DNA from: the human T2T-CHM13v2.0 reference genome, Homo sapiens
Length of the DNA stretch: 64,000 nucleotides
Direction: 5' to 3' (one strand)
NCBI RefSeq assembly: GCF_009914755.1
Contig: NC_060925.1
Below, piece by piece: positions 56,524 to 64,000 of the stretch. The translations under genes and the position numbers were made by a program. Within the stretch, counting starts at the first letter, position 1, and each line of letters opens with the position of its first letter. The notes below the pieces were generated by a model that saw nothing but the letters and a program-made list of their open reading frames with translations, made no database searches and had not been told where the DNA came from.

Positions 56524-56993
56524 GTAAGCGCTCGCAGCCTCGGCCCTCGGGGGAGGAGCCCCGGGGAAGGGTCGAGTCCCCCTCCTTCACGCACCTTCCC
56601 TGCCGGACGCTTCCGCCTTTCCCGCGCCTCGGGGATCCCGCCCCCGCTTAGTACCTTGGGGCCACCTGGCGGGGAGGAACCTGGACCCTGCTCCAGTGCT
56701 GGGGCGGAGGCGGGGGAGACGCGGGCCGCGGGGCGCAAACTTGGGGTCGTCCTCAGGTGCACCTCCAGGTAAGCACTTGGCGGCAGGGGGCTTAACATCC
56801 GCTCCGCGCAGAGCAGGTGTTTCAAAGGCTGTGTGAAAGAGCTTCAGGTGGCCACGTAAAAAAATAATATTAATTTTAAAAATTTAGAAAAAGATTGGTT
56901 ACTTTGGCCCCTCTTCGAGTAGATTTGGGTTCGGTTTCCAGGTTGAGTCCACCTGTTTATCTTCTTTTTCTCAACTCTCCCTTTTTCTGGAAG

Positions 56994-57101
56994 GTTTCTG
57001 CAGAAGGAGCCCCTAGGCAAAGGGAGTGGCGACCCCAGATTTATAGGAAATGCACAGATACGGCATGGTTATTCCTGTTCTTTCTCTTTTGGACTGGTTT
57101 G
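56994..57101 (+). CDS. SLC44A3: SLC44A3 exon 2 (108 nt; VSAEG...YRKCTDTAWLFLFFLFWTGL)
   Basis: Polypyrimidine tract plus AAG acceptor; donor TTG|GTAAGT; CTL-family R-x-CTD motif followed by transmembrane helix 1. Confidence 0.93.
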
Positions 57102-58949
57102 GTAAGTGTGGGTGCTTGGTAGGAAAGAGGCCAGAGTGTGTGTGCAAGTCTGGAAATAACTCTGTCGTAGTTGGTGCTGCAGTGAGAGACTTCTGCCGTT
57201 AACCCACAATAAACATCAGTTTGTACTCGGGAGAATTCTTGTCCTAGACTCGCTAGAAAGGCTGTCTTTTTGCTACAGGCCATGTTCTAAGGGGTGACTC
57301 CATTAGGAAATGGGAATTAACAGTTTGCAATGTGATTGCTATTTAGTAAGGCCAATGTGTCTCCTTTTACTCTCCGAACTTACTGAACAGAAGTTCTTTT
57401 AGCACCTGCCACACCCCCAAATCAAATATTCCTCAAGCTTTTGGTGCACCTTTAACAAAGGAAAAGCCAGGGTAAGCCTAGAAATAAACTGCATTTCCTT
57501 TAGCTGAACATCACACACACACGCGCGCGAGAGATATGTTGTGTTTAGCAGCCAATACTGTTAACCATAGCTAACAAGGAATGATTTTTCCCACTCTAAT
57601 TTCGAGGTATGTATGATTGCTGGTAAACTCCATCAGGCTATGCGGTTATAATCCTGAGAGAGTCTGTTGGAAGCCGAATCTTGCTGCTTTTATACTTATT
57701 TTAGAATTGTAGGTAACAGCAGAAAACGTCTCACCCGACATTTTCAAAGGCCACTTTCACGAAATCATCCATGCCAGGCTAAGGCATGCTATTTGCTGCA
57801 TGGTAAATGATTAATTTATAGAGCAGGGTAATAACTACCAGATAGTAATTACCTTTGTTGAAAAGAATTCCATCTGAATAGGCCCTAAAATATCATGTTT
57901 GTTCTTTCCAAGTAAGAAAGGCATTTGTTCACTTATGACCCGTTTCACATAGACAGGCTTGGTTACAGGCACAGTGGAAGGTTAGGTCTGAAACACATAA
58001 TCAGATGTTTTTTGTTGCTTACGTTGGAACTCTCCCCTAGGAGCTGGGAGAGACAGTGCACCTACAATACCTTCTGCTTAACTTCGCAGATGGTTGGTGT
58101 TTTTATCTGAGACTGCTGTTGTATAAATGCAGGGAGCAGCTGGCCTGCCTTGTGCCTGGCAGTTTTGACCTCAAGCTGTTATTGTGATTTAATGATCTGC
58201 CGTAGCCCCTCCACAGCTTCAACCTAGGACCTCACTACCAAACTCTCAGCCCAACAGCTGAGAATCCTGGGGAAAATCTTTGTAGATGACCTATCACAGC
58301 CTGAAGAATTGTGAACCAGCTGAGAGGTGGCACGGAGCTGGAAACTGCTTTAAAATTACATTTCATTTGCAAAATAAGTCTGAAGTTTTAATATATCCAA
58401 GTTCTCACTATGGCATTCTGTTTTAAGAGTCAGAGTCCTTTCTTAGCTCACTGGCTTTTAGTGTCTTTTGCAACATTTTTTATTTGCAGGTATTTAAAAC
58501 AGAGCAAGGAGTGTTTTGTTTTTGGACTTTTTTTTCTGCCTCTGTTGTTCAGCTTTCAGGTCTTGTGACAGATGTCCTGACTGGTGATGGTGTGCCCTGA
58601 GTTAGGGCTGGACAAAGGCTTGGGGGAAGGAGCTGAAATTATAAGCAGAGATGGTTCTTGCAAATGCAGCACCAGCCTGTGTTTATATTTGCATTAAACA
58701 TAAGGAACAAAGTCTCAAAGTCTGGACTATCTCTGCCTCTACTTACCCCTCCAGTATCCTCTCCTGCCCTGCCTTTTCCTATCATCCCTCAAGATTCCAT
58801 TTTCCTGATTTTGCAGGCACGGTTGACAGTGACTACCTTGGTGGCCAATGTACTAGACCAATGTACACACCTCCTATATCACCTGTCATATAGAATCGCA
58901 ATTGCATGTTTGAAATTAGGACAATGAAGGTTTATAGTAGTAGTTTCTT

Positions 58950-59050
58950 GGAAGGCCGAGGCAGGAAGATCCCTTGAAGCCAGGAGTTCAAGACCAGCCT
59001 GGGCAATAAAGCAAGACCCTGTGTCTACAAAACATAAAAAATAATAATCA
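58950..59050 (+). mobile_element. Partial Alu monomer (FLAM/AluJ)
   Basis: ggaaggccgaggcaggaagatcccttgaagccaggagttcaagaccagcctgggcaa. Confidence 0.8.
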
Positions 59051-60524
59051 TAAAGTCATAGTTTTATTAGGAGGGACTCAGGAATCCTCAGAAACCACTC
59101 CCACCTCTCCCACCCAGAAAAACTTTCCATTCTTCACCACAGGCTTTCCAAAGGAAAGAATGATGGTAAATGGAAAACATCACTTTGTTATTAGATTACT
59201 GGTGAGCTGGGCAGAAGCACATGACCCCTTTCCTCCCTCTAAATCCAAACACAGTCCAGACCTTACTACACTCCAACTCGAAAGGACGAGACAAGCATGT
59301 CAAGGCACAGTCAGCTTGCCATGCCAGACACATTGGCAAACAGAGTCACACCTACTCCACAGCCTTTAGGTAAAGGGTGAGTGACACACACTACTAGCAA
59401 AGGTGACCCATTCATTCTAGAATCTGACCAGTTAGACTTAGGAGGATCTTGGAGAGTGGGAAAGGACAGGGAGCCTCCTTCCCCAGGAGGTCTGCAGCCC
59501 GTAAGTCCTGCTTGCCTTCTAGGCTGGGTTCCTGGAGGCAAGGAGTAGGTTCTGGTCATTCCTGTGTCTCCCAGTAAGAAAGTCTCAAGAACACACTGGG
59601 CACTTGAAGAATGTTTGTTATTTTGATTTCTAAATTAGTAATAAATGCAGAATGTCTAGAAGGTATTTGAATTTAGGACAATGTACCTTTGCAGCATAAG
59701 GTATCAATACTATATATTAATGAATAGTGTATTATATCTGTTCTCCTGGAATGAACTTGTCAATATAGAGTATTAAATGGTATCCTATATATTGCATACA
59801 GTACTGGGAAACTTACTAAGTTTGCATTATGGGAAGATACATATTCAATCTTGGCAGAGAGCCTGTCAGTATGTATTAATGGCACAGTTGTTTGAACTGA
59901 AATTTCAAATATTCCACATTCACTATGAGAGTGGATAAAAATGATGATAGATTGCAAGATGTTCTTGTCCAACAGAATTCCTGTGGTCCTTTATTTTGTA
60001 TGTCTTAAGCAGTTACTCCAAAACACTATTTGCAGATTGGTGAACAGTGTTTCAGTACATATCAACTGTGTTGCTTCTGCAGAATCCCTTAAAAGTAAGA
60101 AAAGAAAAACAAAAAAAGTAGTAGAAAAAAAAAAAACCTTGGGGAAAGAATTAGCATAGCCCTGAAGCAGTTAAATTAAGCAAGAACATCAAGGGAAGAA
60201 AAATTGAATTGTCCCAGTAAAGTTAGACCAAAAAGAAAAATGATAGACTCTTAAGGAAAAGGTTAAAAAGCACAGAGGTAAGAAAATGGAGAGAAATCTG
60301 TTTCAGTGGATTAGATTCTCTCTCTACCTAAATGTATAAGTAGCAGAGGAGCAGGATGCTGATAGATGGGAGTTGCTGACACTGTTACTGACGGAGCAAA
60401 GCGCTATGATGCTGGAGAGCTTCACGTTCCACCAGGCTCCGTTTTATATCAGCATCTGCAGGGGTGTGGGGCACTGTGTGCTCAGCCCTTTGGCCAGGCT
60501 CTCATATGCCCCCGTTTTTGCCAG

Positions 60525-60667
60525 GTGTTTATCATGGGCTACTCGGTGGTGGCTGGAGCCGCGGGAAGACTCCTCTTTGGCTATGACAGCTTTGGCAACA
60601 TGTGTGGCAAGAAGAACTCCCCCGTGGAAGGGGCCCCTCTTTCAGGGCAGGACATGACCCTAAAAAA
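60525..60667 (+). CDS. SLC44A3: SLC44A3 exon 3 (143 nt; VFIMGYSVVAGAAGRLLFGYDSFGNMCGKK...MTLK)
   Basis: Acceptor tttttgccag|G; donor AA|GTAAGT; CTL-family RLxxGYDSFGNxCG motif. Confidence 0.95.
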
Positions 60668-60799
60668 GTAAGTATCTAAATAAGTCCCCAGTCTGTAAGG
60701 AACTGTACCTCAAAACTTTGTATAAATTCATCATTTGGAGCCTGGAAACTTTTCCCATTCAAAACTCTGTCAGCCTATTTCATAAAAAGGAAGGCTGTG

Positions 60800-61020
60800 T
60801 ATATAGTACAGGTAAGAGTACAAGTTTTAGAATCATAGTCCTAAGTTCAAATTCAGCCCATGCTACTTTTCAGCTGTGTGATCTTGGGCAGAGTACTTAA
60901 CCTCTCAAAGCCTAGTTTTCATCTCTCTAAACTAGTTATTATACCTACCTCACAAGGTTGTTTTAAGGACTCATGAGACACTGCATGAGCTAAAGTATAA
61001 TAAACGTTAATTGCTGCTAT
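60800..61020 (+). mobile_element. MIR SINE
   Basis: cagctgtgtgatcttgggcagagtacttaacctctc...tacctacctcacaaggttg. Confidence 0.75.
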
Positions 61021-61321
61021 TATTCTCCATAATGAATCAGAATCATGTTACCAATCGTATATGTTTGAACCCTACATCATCCACACATTGTTTCTACGTG
61101 GAAATACCCGAATGCCACCTGGAACACTGGGGACCTGTGTCCCACCCCTGCCCCAGCTATGGCACTGTGGTGTTGCATTCTTCCCCCTACTCCCTTACCC
61201 CATCTCCCACAGGGAAACAGAAAGGGGAGAGAAGAGATGGGAATTCCCTAGAGGGGAGAGAAATCCCTGACCATGAACTTCTAAGATGGAGACTGCCTTG
61301 TAAGAATTTTTAAGATTTTAG

Positions 61322-61658
<337 letters not shown>

Positions 61659-61984
61659 CAAAAACGGATTTTTAGGACTCAATAATAAAAGTAGCTCCTA
61701 GAAGAGAAATCCTAAGGATCTAAATAAATCCTGAATATAAGTTTGGAGTCACCAAATACAAATCTCAGACTAAGCCTCTTATCCTCCTGAGTGTTGCTCC
61801 TAAGGGGGCTCTTGCTCTTTCTGGGCATGGACTAATTACGGGGCATTTTCTCCTGCACTCATAGAGCCACTTACAAAGAAGACAGGAGGAGGAAGGGCGA
61901 CTTAGATGCCCATGTGCTCCCATTTCACATTGTGTTCATAATGCAGTGTCAACAAACAGTCATTCCTGGTTGAAGTGAGTATAC

Positions 61985-62735
61985 ATTCCATTATTCTCAA
62001 AAGCCAAAAGGTAGAAGCAACTCAAGTGTCCATCAATGGTTGAATGGATAATCAAAATGTGATATGTATATTACAATGAAATATTAAAAAGGAAGGAAAT
62101 TCTGACACATACTACAACAGGGATGAACCCTGAGGATGTCATGCCAAGTGAAATAAACCAGTCACAAAAATACAAACATTGTATGATTCCACTTACATGA
62201 GATATGTAAAGTAGTCAGATTCCTAGAAACAGAAAGTAAAATGGCGATTGCAAAGGGCTGGAGGAAAGGAGGGTGGGAACCTATTGTTTAATGGGTACAG
62301 ATTTCAGTTTGGGAAGATGAGTTCTGTGAATGGATGGTGGTGATGATAGCCCAACAACGTGAATGTACTAATGTCACTGTACACTTAGAAAGATTCAGAT
62401 GGGGCTGGTGCAGTGGCTCATGCCTGTAATCCCAACAGTTTGGAAGGCCAAGGCGGGCAGATCCACAGGGTCAGGAGTTCAAGACCAGCCTGGCCAACAT
62501 GGTGAAACCCTGTCTCTACTAGAAATACAAAAATTAGCCAGGTGTGGTGGCAGGCACCAGTAGTCCCAGCTACTCAGGAGGCTGATGCAGGAGAATCACT
62601 TGAACCTGGGAGGCAGAGGTGGCAGTGTCATTGCACTCCAGCCTGGGTGACAGAGCGAGACTCTGTCTCAAAAAAAAAAAAAAGAAAGATTCAGATGGTA
62701 AATTTTATGTATATTTTAACACAATTTTTAAACTT
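61985..62735 (+). mobile_element. L1MB-type 3' UTR fragment split by an Alu
   Basis: caactcaagtgtccatcaatgg...aaggaaggaaattctgacacat...ttgtatgattccactt...aaattttatgtatattttaacacaa. Confidence 0.8.
62403..62682 (+). mobile_element. Alu (AluS-type), 16-bp TSD agaaagattcagatgg
   Basis: TSD at 62387-62402 and 62683-62698. Confidence 0.93.
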
Positions 62736-63537
62736 CTTCAAAAATATGTATATCACACACCCAGGAAATCTGTTCCTCATCTCCTGTTGCACCACCTTTC
62801 TCCCATCCCCAACAGGAGGGAAAAAAACCTTCTGGGACCCCTTCTCAAGGTCTCTCCCATAAAGGGCAGCCTACGGGGTCTTCCTCTGCCATTCCTGGGG
62901 TCTTGGAGCCTGGATAAGTGGTAGGCAAGGGTTTGGAAGCTGTAGCTGCTAGCGCATAACCTGCTGATGGCAACACCAGTTTCATTCTTGTCCCCCCTCT
63001 GCCCTGCCCCTGGGGAGCTGCAGGAGGGTTCTCCTGAGTGTCCTGGCTCTCAACCTGGGAGAAGGGGGAAAAGACAAGCCTTTGGTTCCCAGCCTTGGCC
63101 CCCTCCTTTCCACTTCTCACTTCCCTGTGTTCAGTTATTCTCTGAAGCATATTTGAACACTCTTGGGTACAAATGTGTTCTCCGTGGAGTCCATTGAATA
63201 GTTTGTGCATTGGCCTGATCTAGCAATCAATGGACAGTTTAACCAATTGCTTCTTTTCCTCAGATTTTCTCAGGTAACTCCCTAGTGCTATCCCCTAGAC
63301 AACACTAAATCTGGAGAAATAAAGCTTTGTTAATGTTTTTGGATAGTTTCCAAGCTGCACAGCTTCATGGATGACCACCAGTAGGCATCATAAATGTTCA
63401 ATTATGCTGAAACAATTATGAAAGTGTGCCTGGGTGATCCCTGCATTTGATAGCATGTGGATATTTTTTAAGGCCCACAATTAAGACCAGTGAGAAGCAA
63501 TGCTCTAACACATTCTTCTGTTTCATCTATTTCCTAG

Positions 63538-63674
63538 ACACGTGTTCTTTATGAATTCCTGCAACCTGGAAGTCAAAGGTACGCAGCTCAACCGCATGGC
63601 CCTCTGTGTATCCAACTGCCCTGAAGAGCAGCTTGACTCCCTGGAAGAGGTCCAGTTCTTTGCAAACACCAGTG
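63538..63674 (+). CDS. SLC44A3: SLC44A3 exon 4 (137 nt; (K)HVFFMNSCNLEVKG...ALCVSNCPEE...FFANTS(G))
   Basis: Branch-point-like ctctaac at 63503-63509, pyrimidine tract, TAG acceptor; phase 2 matches exon 3; CVxxCP motif; donor G|GTAGGC. Confidence 0.93.
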
Positions 63675-64000
63675 GTAGGCACTAAGGCCTGGTTTGTTCT
63701 TTTCCCCATGATGGGGTAAGCTGTGGGGACCTAGATGAGATCATTTACCCTGACTCTGCTTTCTCTGGAAAGCTGGAAGTTTTACTTCCTTGTGGGTGCC
63801 TCTTTTTGTGTGGAAAAGGCCGTAAGCATTTTCTCTTGAGCTTGTTCAGGTTATTTTTTTTCTATCTGGATTTATCTGAAGCCCTAGCTATTCCGTGTAT
63901 GCTCCCTGCCACTGCAGGGAATGGTCATCCACAGAGAGAGAGAGGAGACAGCCCACATTTAAGACCCAAAGGCGGTGTCAGAAGGAAGGCAGAGAGCTCC

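Larger units (their letters stand above)
56080..56810. promoter_or_regulatory. CpG-island, TATA-less, probably bidirectional promoter of SLC44A3
   Basis: Sharp rise in GC and CpG content; GC boxes (cccgcccc, ggggcgg); spans exon 1. Confidence 0.9.

Noticed and set aside
56524-56532. Intron 1 read-through encodes VSA, the same residues that start exon 2
   Set aside because: The codons differ (GTA AGC GCT versus GTT TCT GCA) and VS is forced by the donor consensus; coincidence
56079-56825. Long overlapping ORFs (128-248 aa) on both strands in the CpG island
   Set aside because: Expected from stop-codon scarcity in GC-rich DNA; low-complexity products; only MHCLGAEYL is supported as coding

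Overview
Primate (most likely human) genomic DNA, roughly half of it interspersed repeats. The only supportable protein-coding gene is SLC44A3 (choline transporter-like protein 3, CTL3) on the + strand. It has a CpG-island promoter at about 56.1-56.8 kb and coding exons 1-4 (56497-56523, 56994-57101, 60525-60667, 63538-63674). These splice in frame through GT-AG introns to give MHCLGAEYL|VSAEGAPRQREWRPQIYRKCTDTAWLFLFFLFWTGL|VFIMGYSVVAGAAGRLLFGYDSFGNMCGKK...MTLK|KHVFFMNSCN...FFANTSG, and the gene continues past the window end. The upstream 56 kb is non-coding and, from recall, lies within the divergent antisense lncRNA SLC44A3-AS1/LINC01057. It contains Alus, L1/L2/MIR fragments, several solo LTRs with target-site duplications (TSDs), a degenerate ERV-L gag/pro/pol fossil, a MADE1 fragment and microsatellites. 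Almost all ORFs in the supplied track are repeat-derived or chance. I found no new multi-gene system. The most unusual structures are: (i) a ~165-bp copy of an LTR/flank junction pasted 2.8 kb away into an older LTR with junction microhomologies; (ii) a GGGGCC/GGGGCT hexamer array at the bidirectional start site, in frame with SLC44A3; (iii) a frameshifting competing splice acceptor at exon 2; (iv) fold-back (template-switch-like) scars. Repeat subfamily names are from recalled consensus sequences, not from a database search.
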